The translations under genes were made by a program, and so were the position numbers. From the NCBI GenBank assembly GCA_026399475.1, contig JAPLQY010000032.1:149817-213816 (forward strand): a DNA stretch of 64,000 nucleotides, read 5' to 3'. Positions within the stretch are counted from its first letter, which is position 1; each line of letters starts with the position of its first letter. This document shows, one piece after another, positions 42,899 to 53,086 of the stretch. The notes under the pieces are model-generated. The model searched no databases. It had not been told where the DNA came from and saw only the letters and a program-made list of their open reading frames with translations. This stretch comes from Rhodocyclales bacterium. GTDB lineage: Bacteria > Pseudomonadota > Gammaproteobacteria > Burkholderiales > Rhodocyclaceae.

Positions 42899-45598
42899 GT
42901 GCATATTCATGGTCTCAGCGCCGAGCAGTCTCTCGCCAGCCTGAATACCACGGCGGCCGGTCTGGCTGCGTCCGAGGCGGCGCGCCGGCTGGCGGAGTTC
43001 GGGCCGAACCATGTCGAGGAAGTGGGCCGCGAGAACTTGCTGCTCGGCTTTGCCCGCGAATTCACCCACTTCTTTGCCATCATCCTGTGGATCGGCGCCG
43101 TGCTGGCTTTTCTTGCCGAACATTTCGATCCGGGCCAGGGCATGGCCCGCCTCGGTGTGGCCATTGTCGGCGTCATCATCGTGAACGGCATCTTTTCCTT
43201 CTGGCAGGAATACAAGGCCGAGCAGGCCGTGGCCGCGCTGCGCCAGTTGTTGCCGCAGAAGGTGCAGGCGCTGCGTGATGGCGCGATCGTCGAAATCCTC
43301 GCCACCGATCTTGTTCCCGGCGACATCGTGCTGCTGGAGGAAGGGAATTTCGTACCCGCCGACTGCCGCCTGATCGAGGTCTTTGCACTGCGCGTGAACA
43401 CCGCGACGGTCACCGGGGAATCCCTGCCCAAGGCGCGCACTATCGAGCCGAGTGCAGAGGATTCGCCACTGTATGCGAAGAATGTGGTGCTGGCCGGAAC
43501 TTCGGTGGTGTCCGGGCAGGCGCGTGCGGTGGTATATGCCACTGGTATGCGCACCGAGTTCGGCCGGATCGCCCATCTGACGCAAACGGCCGGCGCTGCA
43601 TCGTCGCCGCTGCAGCGCGAAATTGCACGCCTTTCCCGCATCGTCGCTGCGCTTGCCACGGGCATGGGCGTGGCGCTGTTCTTCATCGGTCAGGCGATGG
43701 GCTTGCCGACCTGGGAGAACCTGCTGTTTGCCATCGGCATCATCGTGGCCAACGTGCCGGAGGGCCTCCTGCCGACGGTAACCTTATCGCTGGCCATGGC
43801 GACGCAACGCATGGCCCGGCGCAATGCCCTGGTGCGCCACCTGCCGGCGGTCGAGGCGCTGGGCTCGACGACGACGATCTGCTGCGACAAGACCGGCACG
43901 CTGACGCAGAACCTCATGTCGGTGCAGCGCCTGTGGCTGGGTGGCGGCTTTCTCGACTTCGGCGATCTGGCGGCGTCATCGACGAATAATTTGCGCCTGA
44001 CGGAAGACCACCGCGAGCTGTTCGTCAATGCCGCGCTTTGCCACAACCTGAAAATTGTCGACCAGAAATTGCTGGGCGACCCGATGGAAGTGGCGCTGGC
44101 GGGCATGGGGCGGCAGGTGGCGGGTGTATTTGCCGACTGCAAGCGTATTGACGAGATTCCCTTCGACACCGACCGCAAGCGCATGTCGGTGCTGTGTGAA
44201 ACGCCTCGGGGCCGCATGCTCTACTGCAAGGGCGCGCCGGAGAACGTCATCGAGGCCTGCAACTTCGTCCAGTTCGACGCCGCGGGTGACGCCAACCCGG
44301 TGCCGCTCGATCCGCTGGTAAGAACACGCCTGTTGGCGGCGCAGCAGCAAATGGCCGAGGCAGGTCTGCGTGTGCTGGCCTTCGCCCATTGCATGGTCGA
44401 GGGCGGCATGCCGAGCGAAGAGCGCGGCATGATCCTCTCCGGGCTGGTCGGGCTGGAAGACCCGCCGCGACCCGAAGTGCCGGAGGCCATCGCGCGCTGC
44501 GCCACCGCCGGAATTCGCATCGTCATGGTCACTGGCGACCACCCGCACACCGCGCTGGCGATAGCGCGCCAGATCGGCCTGGTGAAATCCGAAAACCCGG
44601 TTGTGATCAACGGCGACCAACTGCGCTCGATTTCGCCGGCGCAACTGCAACTGGCACTCGACGCCAGGGAGATCATCTTCGCCCGCGTCGCCGCCGAGCA
44701 GAAAATGCTGATCGTCCAGGCCCTGCAGAAGAAGGGCGAGATCGTCGCCGTCACCGGCGACGGCGTGAATGACGCGCCGGCGCTGAAAACCGCCGACATC
44801 GGCATTGCCATGGGCATTGCCGGCACCGACGTAGCGAAGGAGGCCGCCGACCTGATCCTGCTCGACGACAACTTCGCCAGCATCGTTGCCGCGATCGAGG
44901 AGGGACGCGCGGTGTTCGACAATATCCGCAAGTTCCTCACCTACATCCTGAGTTCGAATATTCCGGAGCTGGTGCCCTATCTCGCTTTCGTCCTGTTCCG
45001 CATTCCGCTGCCGCTGACCATCATCCAGATCCTCGCCGTCGACCTTGGCACCGACATGCTGCCTGCGCTGGCGTTGGGCGCCGAGAAACCCGATCCCGGC
45101 GTCATGCACCGACCGCCCAGGGCGCGCAACGAGCGTTTGCTGTCATGGGGCCTGCTGGTTCGCGCTTACCTGTTTCTTGGGGTGCTGGAAGCGGCCGCCG
45201 CAATGGCGGTGTTTTTCGTTGTGCTCGACGCTGCCGGATGGCGTTATGGCGTCAGCCTCGACCGGCTCGATCCGCTCTACCTGCAGGCGACCTCGGCCTG
45301 CCTGGCGACGATCGTGGTGATGCAGATGATGAATGTGGTTTTGTGCCGACACCCGTTCAAGTCCTCGCTGTCGTTCGGGCTCTTCGGCAACCCCTATATC
45401 CTGCTGGGGCTGGCGGCAGAGCTGGGAGTGATCCTGTTCATCATCTACACCGCGGCCGGCAACTGGCTGTTCGGCACAGCCCCCATAGCCGCCGAGGTCT
45501 GGCTGCTGGCGCTGGGTTGCGCAGCGCTGATGGGGGTGTTCGAGGAAAGCCGCAAGGCCTGGCTGCGGCGGATCCTGGCGCGGAGCGGGAGCTCCTGA
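42899..45598 (+). CDS. Cation-transporting P-type ATPase, type IIC-like
   Basis: TGES, VANVPEGLL, DKTGTLTQN, KGAPE, TGDGVNDAPAL, SNIPE, DLGTD. Confidence 0.9.
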   Translation: MHIHGLSAEQSLASLNTTAAGLAASEAARRLAEFGPNHVEEVGRENLLLGFAREFTHFFAIILWIGAVLAFLAEHFDPGQGMARLGVAIVGVIIVNGIFSFWQEYKAEQAVAALRQLLPQKVQALRDGAIVEILATDLVPGDIVLLEEGNFVPADCRLIEVFALRVNTATVTGESLPKARTIEPSAEDSPLYAKNVVLAGTSVVSGQARAVVYATGMRTEFGRIAHLTQTAGAASSPLQREIARLSRIVAALATGMGVALFFIGQAMGLPTWENLLFAIGIIVANVPEGLLPTVTLSLAMATQRMARRNALVRHLPAVEALGSTTTICCDKTGTLTQNLMSVQRLWLGGGFLDFGDLAASSTNNLRLTEDHRELFVNAALCHNLKIVDQKLLGDPMEVALAGMGRQVAGVFADCKRIDEIPFDTDRKRMSVLCETPRGRMLYCKGAPENVIEACNFVQFDAAGDANPVPLDPLVRTRLLAAQQQMAEAGLRVLAFAHCMVEGGMPSEERGMILSGLVGLEDPPRPEVPEAIARCATAGIRIVMVTGDHPHTALAIARQIGLVKSENPVVINGDQLRSISPAQLQLALDAREIIFARVAAEQKMLIVQALQKKGEIVAVTGDGVNDAPALKTADIGIAMGIAGTDVAKEAADLILLDDNFASIVAAIEEGRAVFDNIRKFLTYILSSNIPELVPYLAFVLFRIPLPLTIIQILAVDLGTDMLPALALGAEKPDPGVMHRPPRARNERLLSWGLLVRAYLFLGVLEAAAAMAVFFVVLDAAGWRYGVSLDRLDPLYLQATSACLATIVVMQMMNVVLCRHPFKSSLSFGLFGNPYILLGLAAELGVILFIIYTAAGNWLFGTAPIAAEVWLLALGCAALMGVFEESRKAWLRRILARSGSS

Positions 45599-45599
45599 T

Positions 45600-45929
45600 T
45601 CAGCTTTGCGCGTGATGCACCGCCAGCCAGATGGTCAGTGCATCCGCCGCAGTCCAGTCCACCCGATGACGCCGTTGTGGCCCGATATGCAGCCAGTCAC
45701 CCGGGTGCAGCCGCCGGGCCTCGGTTTCATCCTCGAAACGCAGCAGCGCTTCGCCGGTCAGCAGCAGTACCCATTCCGAATCCGACTGTTCATACCAGAA
45801 TCCCGGGGGACTCGCCTGGCCGGTCGACACGATCCGATCGATGCGCAGCCCGGGGTGCGTCAGCAGGTTTTCCAGGCGCTCGGCCAGTTCAGGTGAGTCT
45901 GGCAGGCCGGCAAAGAGATTTCCTGTCAT
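45600..45929 (-). CDS. Cupin domain protein
   Basis: RIVSTGQASPPGFWYEQ..EWV..HRVDWT. Confidence 0.8.
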   Translation of the reverse strand: MTGNLFAGLPDSPELAERLENLLTHPGLRIDRIVSTGQASPPGFWYEQSDSEWVLLLTGEALLRFEDETEARRLHPGDWLHIGPQRRHRVDWTAADALTIWLAVHHAQS

Positions 45930-46294
45930 CAGGCGTCCTCCATCAGTTCGGTGTCCTCGTGCGTGTAGGGCGGGCTGCAACAGCAGAGGATGCGCAGCGG
46001 TTCGGGCCCGGTTGCCTCGATCCTGTGCGGGGTGCCGGGGGCGATCAGCACCGTGTCGCCAACCGTGACGGGGAAGCATGTGTCGCCCAGCGTCATGATG
46101 CCGCTGCCGGCAGTGACGTGATACAACTCTTCCGTAACCGCATGGCGATGGCTTTGCGTCCGCGCTCCCGGCTCGACGGTAGCTTCGGCCAGGCTCTGCC
46201 GGTGATTGCCGTGCACCGCGGGATGCATCAGCTCGCGAATCTCGGAACCGTCCTTCGTGATATAGGCGGGGACATCTGCGTAGCGGGATTTCAT
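45929..46294 (-). CDS. Cupin domain protein
   Basis: TKDGSEIRELMHP, HRHAVTEELY, PGTPH. Confidence 0.85.
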   Translation of the reverse strand: MKSRYADVPAYITKDGSEIRELMHPAVHGNHRQSLAEATVEPGARTQSHRHAVTEELYHVTAGSGIMTLGDTCFPVTVGDTVLIAPGTPHRIEATGPEPLRILCCCSPPYTHEDTELMEDA

Positions 46295-47055
46295 TCGCTC
46301 GACACCTTCTTTCGCAGCAGGCAGTGCAGCAGGGCCTGCTCAGCGGACACCAGTGGCGCAGGGTCGTCGCTGCCCGTGAAATGGCGATGGAAGGCCTGCT
46401 GCGCGGCAGCCGGAACGACAATGTCATAACCCAGCGCCTGCAGGCCCAGCAGCGCATCGAAGCCGGATGGAGCGGCCGGCAGCGGCATTTCGCACCACAG
46501 GCCGAAGCCTTGGCCTGCCAGTCTCTGCCAGGGGAACAGGCGGCTCGGATCGACCTTGCGCGCCGGGGCGATATCGCCATGAGCCAGAAAATTGGCCGGC
46601 GGAATGCGATAGCGGGTGCGCAGTTCGTCCAGCAGTGCGAGCAGGGCGACGACCTGCGCTTCGGCAAAGGCTTCGTCGCCGGTGTTGTCGAGTTCGATAC
46701 CGATCGAAGCCGAGTTGAGGTCGGTGTTTCCACCCCACCACGATTCACCGGCATGCCAGGCGCGAGCGGCTTCATCGACCAGTTGCATGATCGCGCCATC
46801 GCGGCCGATCAGGTAATGGGCGCTGACCTTGCGCTGCGGGTTGGTCAGCGTCGCCAGGGCTGTGGCTGCGTTGTCGTTGGTGGTCTGGTGCAGGATGACG
46901 AAATTGGGGCGGCGCTGGTCAAAGTTCGGCGAAGGCTGCCACAGCGCCCCGCGCCCCTGACCCGAAGGCAGCGGCGCACATGCCGCAAGTGCTGCAAGCA
47001 GAGTCACGGCCAGCCAGCGAACCACCTTGAATCCCCGGGGCGGGCGACGTGGCAT
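46291..47055 (-). CDS. N-acetylmuramoyl-L-alanine amidase (Amidase_2, lipoprotein)
   Basis: LAAC lipobox, ILHQT, VSAHY, RAWHAG, SIGIE, HGDIAPARKVDP. Confidence 0.88.
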   Translation of the reverse strand: MPRRPPRGFKVVRWLAVTLLAALAACAPLPSGQGRGALWQPSPNFDQRRPNFVILHQTTNDNAATALATLTNPQRKVSAHYLIGRDGAIMQLVDEAARAWHAGESWWGGNTDLNSASIGIELDNTGDEAFAEAQVVALLALLDELRTRYRIPPANFLAHGDIAPARKVDPSRLFPWQRLAGQGFGLWCEMPLPAAPSGFDALLGLQALGYDIVVPAAAQQAFHRHFTGSDDPAPLVSAEQALLHCLLRKKVSSE

Positions 47056-47073
47056 CGGAGCGCTGGAGCAAAG

Positions 47074-47298
47074 TCAGGGAGCAACGATCGGCTTGGCGAG
47101 TCGTGCCCGGCTTTGCGCCTCGGATTTGTTCATCTCGGACACCTGACGGCCGTAGGCCTCCCGTGCGGCCTGCCCCTGGCGGGTTGCCTCGATGCTGCGG
47201 ATACAGCGCCAGCGCTTGCCTGCCTTGGTTTCGATCTGGCGCATCTCCGTTTTCGGATGATGCTGACGGCAGTGGTAACAGAATGCGGTTTCGGACAT
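47074..47298 (-). CDS. Small hypothetical protein with CxxC
   Basis: 74 aa, FCYHCRQHH..RWRC, basic helical C-terminus. Confidence 0.55.
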   Translation of the reverse strand: MSETAFCYHCRQHHPKTEMRQIETKAGKRWRCIRSIEATRQGQAAREAYGRQVSEMNKSEAQSRARLAKPIVAP

Positions 47299-47426
47299 GC
47301 GAACGGACTCGATCGGTTAAGAGTGCTGATTGTAGACCGACTTGGGACAATGGTCTTGTAGACTGGGGGCAGGCTCCAATCGCACCACCCACCCGTTGAA
47401 GCTCCATCCGGACGGAACCCCCTATC

Positions 47427-48053
47427 TTGGACACGACCCCGAGCATTGCGACAGACCCGGAGCTGCCACTCTATGAGGGCGTGGCGATTGCCGACGTCGT
47501 GCTTGTCACGTCGCCCGAAGCGGCCGCTGAGGCTCGCCACGCCTTGCTGGCGGAGGATGTCATCGGCTTCGATACGGAATCGAAGCCGACTTTCAGCAAG
47601 GGTGAAATATCCAGCGGACCGCACCTGATCCAGTTGGCCACGGCGACGCGGGTGTACCTGTTTCCGGTCGGTCGCCTGCCGGATTCGCATGGCCTGAAGG
47701 CCATCCTCGAATCAAAACGAATCCTCAAGGTGGGTTTCGGGCTGGACAGCGATCTGGCGCAACTGCGCTCGCGCCTGGCAATAGACGCGCAGAACGTTCT
47801 GGATCTTTCCCGCGCGCTGCGCAGCGAGACACGCAACCAAAGCCTCGGCGCCAAGACCGCCGTGGCAAAGTATTTCGGCAAGCGCCTGCAAAAGTCCAAG
47901 AGGACGACTACTTCCAACTGGGCCAATCCACGGCTGACGGAGCGGCAGATTCTGTATGCCGCCGATGACGCACAGGTTGCCCTGCGGGTTTATTGCGCGG
48001 CGCTGCGGGCCGACCCCGTACTGGCTGAGCGAGGGACCACGAAACCTATTTGA
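47427..48053 (+). CDS. 3'-5' exonuclease (DEDDy, WRN/RNase D-like)
   Basis: GFDTESKP, IQLA, TSNW, YAADDA. Confidence 0.85.
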   Translation: MDTTPSIATDPELPLYEGVAIADVVLVTSPEAAAEARHALLAEDVIGFDTESKPTFSKGEISSGPHLIQLATATRVYLFPVGRLPDSHGLKAILESKRILKVGFGLDSDLAQLRSRLAIDAQNVLDLSRALRSETRNQSLGAKTAVAKYFGKRLQKSKRTTTSNWANPRLTERQILYAADDAQVALRVYCAALRADPVLAERGTTKPI

Positions 48054-48900
48054 AGCTGACCGACACGGTAGGGTTGCCGGGCAGGCCTTCGTAGCTGACC
48101 GTCGCCTTCGTGCCGGCCCTGGGCGGCAGCAGGGGCGAGAACGAGCCCAGGCTCAGGAGGTCGCCGGTGCGCAGCTTGAGCCCGGCTTTGGCCAGGTCCT
48201 GCGCCAGCCAGATCACGGCATTCAGCGGCTGGTCGAGGATGCCGGCGCCCGTTCCTTTCGCCAGTTCCTTGCCATCCTGGTCACGCATGACGATTTTCAT
48301 CTGCGCCAACGCCGTCACCATTTCCGGCGTCGCTTCGGCGGCCAAAGGCTTGCCGAGGACACCGAGGCGGGCGCCGACGTTGATCGCGGTGATCACCACG
48401 CCATTGAGCGGCTCGCCTTCGGCCACCACCAGGTCGGGCAGTTCGATGAAGGGGTAGATCTTCGACAGGTGCTGCAACACCTCCAGCGGCGTGGTGGCCC
48501 GGTTGATGCCTTCGTCCCCGACCTCGACTACCATGTCGGCCTCGAACACCGGGCGCGAACCGAACTTCGCCGGCACTTCGGCCCCATCCTGCAGGAACAT
48601 CTTCTCGAACATCGTGCCGCGCACCGGCTGCGGATAGCCGAAGCGCTCCTGCACCGCCTTGTTGGTCAGGCCGGCCTTGTAGCCGACGATCCTGCCCTGG
48701 GTCTTGCCCAGTTCCCTGACCAGCATCTCGCGCATGCAGAAGGCATCTTCCATCGGCATGTCCTTGCTCAGGCCGCGCACGGGTTTCATCTGCACCCAGT
48801 CGGACGCCAGCGCCGCAACCTGCTCGGCAGTCGGGCAGGCGGCATGGGCGGAAAAGGCAAAGGCGGTTGCCAGCAGGCTGGCCAGAAGTGCGCTGCGCAT
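48046..48900 (-). CDS. FAH-superfamily hydratase (MhpD-like) with signal peptide
   Basis: GYKAGLT, FEAD, IELPD, PLNAVIWL, GDLLSLGS; leader ends AHA. Confidence 0.75.
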   Translation of the reverse strand: MRSALLASLLATAFAFSAHAACPTAEQVAALASDWVQMKPVRGLSKDMPMEDAFCMREMLVRELGKTQGRIVGYKAGLTNKAVQERFGYPQPVRGTMFEKMFLQDGAEVPAKFGSRPVFEADMVVEVGDEGINRATTPLEVLQHLSKIYPFIELPDLVVAEGEPLNGVVITAINVGARLGVLGKPLAAEATPEMVTALAQMKIVMRDQDGKELAKGTGAGILDQPLNAVIWLAQDLAKAGLKLRTGDLLSLGSFSPLLPPRAGTKATVSYEGLPGNPTVSVSFK

Positions 48901-48997
48901 GAATGTCTCCTCGATTGTTTTTTTGAATGACTCGCAAGTATCCACGAGCGAAACCACCACAGTCAATCGCTGGATGATGCGGGACCGGGCCCGGGCT

Positions 48998-49939
48998 TCA
49001 AAGCCCCGGGTCGATGTCGCCGCCGCGGATGGTGGCTTCGACCACGCGGCGGGTCAGTTGCGGCGCCAGCAGTTCAATGAACTCGAAATCGTAACCGCGC
49101 AGCCAGAGGTCGCCCCGGAAAGCCAGCCGTGTGGTGTTGGTGTCGAACAGGTGATTGGCCGCCAGCGCCGCCAGTGCGCCATCGCGCTGCGGATCGAAGG
49201 CCATCTCGGCGATGATGCCGACACCGAGGCCGAGTTCGACATAGGTCTTGATCACGTCGGCATCGATCGCGCTCAGCACCACATTTGCGGCCAGGCCCTG
49301 CCGCTCGAAGGCGCGGTCGATGTGCGAACGGCCGGTGAAGCTGGCGTCGTAGGTGATGAGCGGATACTGCGCCAGGGCGGCGAGGGTCAGCGCTTCCACC
49401 TGCGACAGCGGATGGCCCTTGGGCACCACGACCTTGTGCGACCACTGGTAGCAGGGCAGCGTGAGCAGTTCCGGATGACGATCGAGGGCTTCGGTGGCGA
49501 TGCCGATCTCGGCCGTGCCGTCGAGCAGCCATTCCGCGACCTGGCCCGGACTGCCCTGATGCACATGCAGACGGACATCCGGATAGCGCCCGACGAAGTT
49601 GCGGATCACCGGCGGCAGGGTATAGCGCGCCTGGGTATGGGTCGTGGCCAGCATCAGCTGCCCCTTGCCTTCGGCCGCAAAGTCGGCGCTGGCGCGAGCC
49701 AGGTTGGCGGCTTCAGCAAGAACCTTCCGTGCCAGGTCGAGCACGACGCGGCCCGCCGCGGTGATCCCCGTCAAGCGCTTGCCGCTGCGTTCGAACACGA
49801 TTACGCCCAGTTCCGTCTCAAGCAGGCGGACCTGCTTGGATATGCCCGGCTGGGAGGTGAACAAGGCGGCAGCAGCCTCCGAGACATTAAGACCGCGGCG
49901 CTCGACTTCGACCAGATACTTGAGTTGCTGCAATTTCAT
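48998..49939 (-). CDS. cysB: CysB/Cbl LysR regulator
   Basis: TSQPGISKQ, ATTHTQARY, IDADVIKTYV; divergent from the cys operon. Confidence 0.88.
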   Translation of the reverse strand: MKLQQLKYLVEVERRGLNVSEAAAALFTSQPGISKQVRLLETELGVIVFERSGKRLTGITAAGRVVLDLARKVLAEAANLARASADFAAEGKGQLMLATTHTQARYTLPPVIRNFVGRYPDVRLHVHQGSPGQVAEWLLDGTAEIGIATEALDRHPELLTLPCYQWSHKVVVPKGHPLSQVEALTLAALAQYPLITYDASFTGRSHIDRAFERQGLAANVVLSAIDADVIKTYVELGLGVGIIAEMAFDPQRDGALAALAANHLFDTNTTRLAFRGDLWLRGYDFEFIELLAPQLTRRVVEATIRGGDIDPGL

Positions 49940-49947
49940 GCTCGCCA

Positions 49948-50001
49948 TTATATAACTACTGGAACTATATAAATAGCTATTAAGTATTTTTTGGAACTAT
50001 A
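49948..50001. promoter_or_regulatory. Divergent AT-rich promoter with probable CysB sites
   Basis: TTATATA-N11-TATATAA dyad; GGAACTATA repeated at 49961 and 49993. Confidence 0.5.
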
Positions 50002-50026
50002 AGGGGTCGATACGATGCGTTCCATC

Positions 50027-50818
50027 ATGGAATTCATTCTCAATCCCCTGCTCCCGCTTTCCGGCTTCGCCGTCGGGCTGCTCGTCGGACTGACGGGCGT
50101 CGGCGGCGGCTCGCTGATGACACCGCTGCTCGTGTTGCTCTTCGGTTTCAAGCCGGCAACCGCAGTGGGCACTGACTTACTCTATGCGGCGATCACCAAG
50201 GGTGGAGGTTCCTGGGTGCATCACCGTCACGGCAACATCGACTGGGTCGTCACCGGACGCCTGGCATCGGGCAGCATTCCCGCCGCCGCGCTGACATTCC
50301 TGCTGCTGGCGCAACTCGGTATCCAGGGTCAGAAGGCGGCGGGCTTGATCTCGGTCGTGCTTGGAATCGCCCTACTGCTTACCGCCGCGTCCCTGGTTTT
50401 CCGCCAGCGCCTGCTGGATCTTGCCGCGCGTCGCGCGAACAGCGCCGGGTTTGCGCAGCGCCACGTCGCCGGCATGACCGTGGCGGTCGGTGCCCTCGTC
50501 GGCGTGCTGGTCACGATCTCTTCGGTCGGCGCCGGTGCGCTCGGCGTCACCGCCCTTACGTTTCTCTACCCGCGGCTCGCCACCCGGCGCATCGTCGGTT
50601 CCGACATCGCCCACGCGGTGCCGCTCACCCTGGTCGCCGGCCTGGGACACTGGTGGCTGGGCACGGTCGACGCGGTCTTGCTGGTGTCGCTGCTGATCGG
50701 TTCCCTGCCCGGCATTGCCCTGGGCGCCCATTTCGCCGTCAAGGTACCCGAACGGGCGCTGCGCGGCCTGCTCGCTTCCGTGCTGCTGCTGGTTGGCGGC
50801 AAGCTCATTCTGGCCTGA
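50027..50818 (+). CDS. TSUP (TauE/SafE) sulfur-compound transporter
   Basis: GLTGVGGGSLMTP, AVGTDL, VGSDIAHAVPL (start may be 50015). Confidence 0.88.
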   Translation: MEFILNPLLPLSGFAVGLLVGLTGVGGGSLMTPLLVLLFGFKPATAVGTDLLYAAITKGGGSWVHHRHGNIDWVVTGRLASGSIPAAALTFLLLAQLGIQGQKAAGLISVVLGIALLLTAASLVFRQRLLDLAARRANSAGFAQRHVAGMTVAVGALVGVLVTISSVGAGALGVTALTFLYPRLATRRIVGSDIAHAVPLTLVAGLGHWWLGTVDAVLLVSLLIGSLPGIALGAHFAVKVPERALRGLLASVLLLVGGKLILA

Positions 50819-50834
50819 CCGAGGACTTCCCGAT

Positions 50835-52541
50835 ATGTATCGATACGACCAGTACGACCACGCCATCGTCCGCGCCCGCGTCGCCCAGTTCCGCGACCAG
50901 ACGCAGCGCTACCTGGCCGGCAGCCTGAGCGACGACGAGTTCCGCCCGCTGCGCCTGCAGAACGGCCTCTACGTCCAGCGCCACGGCCCGATGCTGCGCC
51001 TGGCCGTGCCCTACGGCCTGCTCTCCGCCCCCCAATTGCGCAGGTTCGCCGACATCGCCCGGCGCTACGACCGCGGTTTCGGCCACTTCACAACGCGCCA
51101 CAACCTGCAACTGAACTGGGTGCAACTGCCGCAGGTGCCGGACATCCTGACCGAACTGGCCGACGCGGAACTGCACGCGATCCAGACCTCGGGCAACTGC
51201 ATCCGCAACGTCACCACCGACCACTTCGCCGGCGTCGCCGCCGACGAGATCGCCGACCCGCGTCCGTGGGCCGAGATCCTGCGCCAGTGGTCCAGCTTCC
51301 ACCCCGAGTTCGCCTACCTGCCGCGCAAGTTCAAGGTTGCCATCAGCGGCGCCCGCGAGGACCGTGCCGCGATCCGGGTGCACGACCTCGGCCTGCAAGT
51401 CGTGAAGAACGATGCCGGCGAAACAGGCTTCAAGGTCCATGCCGGCGGCGGCCTCGGCCGCACTCCTCTGCTCGGCCAGGCGGTGCGCGACTTCCTGCCC
51501 TGGCCGCACCTGCTGACCTACACCGAGGCGCTGGTCCGCGTCTTCAACCGCCACGGCCGCCGCGACAACGCCTACAAGGCGCGCATCAAGATCCTGGTCA
51601 AGACGCTCGGCGCCGAAGAATTCGCGAGCCAGATCGAGGAGGAATGGTCGCACCTGAAGGACGGCCCGTCGACACTGACCGCGGCTGAAGTTGCCCGCGT
51701 CGCCGCGCAGTTCGCCGCACCCGACTACGAAACCCTGGCCGACGGCGACCTTTGCCATCTCGCCCACCAGCGCGAAGACAAGGCCTTCGCGCGCTGGGTC
51801 GAGCGCAATGTCCATGCGCACAAGGTGCCGGGTTATGCCGCCGTCACCCTGTCGCTGAAGAAGCCCGCACCTGGGTTCAATGCCGCACCGGGCGACGCCA
51901 GCAGCGAGCAGATGGAAGCCGCCGCCGACTTGGCCGAACGCTTCAGCTTCGGCGAGGTCCGTGTCTCCCACGAGCAGAACCTGATCCTCGCCGACGTGCC
52001 GCAACGCGAGCTCTACACCGTCTGGCATCGGGCCAAGGCGGCTGGCCTGGCGGCGCCGACCGTGGGCCTGTTGGCGGACATGATCGCCTGCCCCGGCGGC
52101 GACTTCTGCGGCCTGGCCAACGCCCGCTCGCTGCCGCTGGCCGCCGCGATCCAGGAGCGCTTCGAGGATCTCGATTACCAGCACGACATCGGCGAACTGG
52201 AACTCAACATCTCCGGCTGCATGAATTCCTGCGGCCACCACCATCTCGGCGCGATCGGCATCCTCGGCGTCGACAAAAACGGCGAGGAATGGTACCAGCT
52301 CACGCTGGGCGGACGCCAAGGGAACCAGGCGCGCATCGGCGAAGTGATCGGCCGCGCCTTCGCCGCCGCTGAAGTACCGGACGCCGTAGAACGCCTGATC
52401 AACGTCTATCTCGCCGAGCGCCACGGCGACGAACGCTTCATCGATACCTTCGACCGCATCGGCGAGGAGCCATTCCGCACCGCCGCGTATTCACGCAATC
52501 CCGCCCACCCCCATCAATCCAGGAGAGTCGCAAATGGCTAA
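50835..52541 (+). CDS. cysI: Sulfite reductase hemoprotein
   Basis: LRLQNGLY, YLPRKFK, ACPGGDFCGLA, ISGCMNSCGHH. Confidence 0.92.
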   Translation: MYRYDQYDHAIVRARVAQFRDQTQRYLAGSLSDDEFRPLRLQNGLYVQRHGPMLRLAVPYGLLSAPQLRRFADIARRYDRGFGHFTTRHNLQLNWVQLPQVPDILTELADAELHAIQTSGNCIRNVTTDHFAGVAADEIADPRPWAEILRQWSSFHPEFAYLPRKFKVAISGAREDRAAIRVHDLGLQVVKNDAGETGFKVHAGGGLGRTPLLGQAVRDFLPWPHLLTYTEALVRVFNRHGRRDNAYKARIKILVKTLGAEEFASQIEEEWSHLKDGPSTLTAAEVARVAAQFAAPDYETLADGDLCHLAHQREDKAFARWVERNVHAHKVPGYAAVTLSLKKPAPGFNAAPGDASSEQMEAAADLAERFSFGEVRVSHEQNLILADVPQRELYTVWHRAKAAGLAAPTVGLLADMIACPGGDFCGLANARSLPLAAAIQERFEDLDYQHDIGELELNISGCMNSCGHHHLGAIGILGVDKNGEEWYQLTLGGRQGNQARIGEVIGRAFAAAEVPDAVERLINVYLAERHGDERFIDTFDRIGEEPFRTAAYSRNPAHPHQSRRVANG

Positions 52542-53061
52542 TACAAAATTCATCAAGGAGCGTCGCCTGCAGGATGACGTTTGGAAAGTTGTGAATCTGG
52601 CTGACGGTCAGGCGGCTGCCGATGTGCGGCTGCCGTTCGGACCGCTGTTGGTGCCGCCGGTCGTGTGGAATGAAAAGAAGGAGTGCCTGATCCATCGCGA
52701 ATACGAGCATGGCACGCCGCTCGGCATCTGGCTCGGACCCGAGGACAGGGTGGAGGACATCGCCGCCGATGTCGACGACTTCACCGTGATCGCCGTGCAC
52801 TTCCCGAAGTTTGCCGACGGCCGCGGCTACTCCACCGGTCGCCTGCTGCGCGAACGCTACGGCTACGACGGCGAGTTGCGCGCCTTCGGCGACATTGGCC
52901 GCGACCAGATCTTCTTCCTGAACCGGGTCGGCTTCGACAGCTTCGTACTCGGCGAGGGCCGCAGCGCCGAGGATGCCCTGAAGGCCTTCGACGACTTCCC
53001 CGAAAGCTACCAGGGCGGAAGCGACCAACCCATCCCGCTGTTCCGCCGACGAGCGGCGTGA
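52534..53061 (+). CDS. DUF934 family protein
   Basis: FPKFADGRGYS, GELRA.GD..RDQ..GFD. Confidence 0.9.
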   Translation: MANTKFIKERRLQDDVWKVVNLADGQAAADVRLPFGPLLVPPVVWNEKKECLIHREYEHGTPLGIWLGPEDRVEDIAADVDDFTVIAVHFPKFADGRGYSTGRLLRERYGYDGELRAFGDIGRDQIFFLNRVGFDSFVLGEGRSAEDALKAFDDFPESYQGGSDQPIPLFRRRAA

Positions 53062-53086
53062 TTCAAGCGTTCTTGCAAAGGAAACC

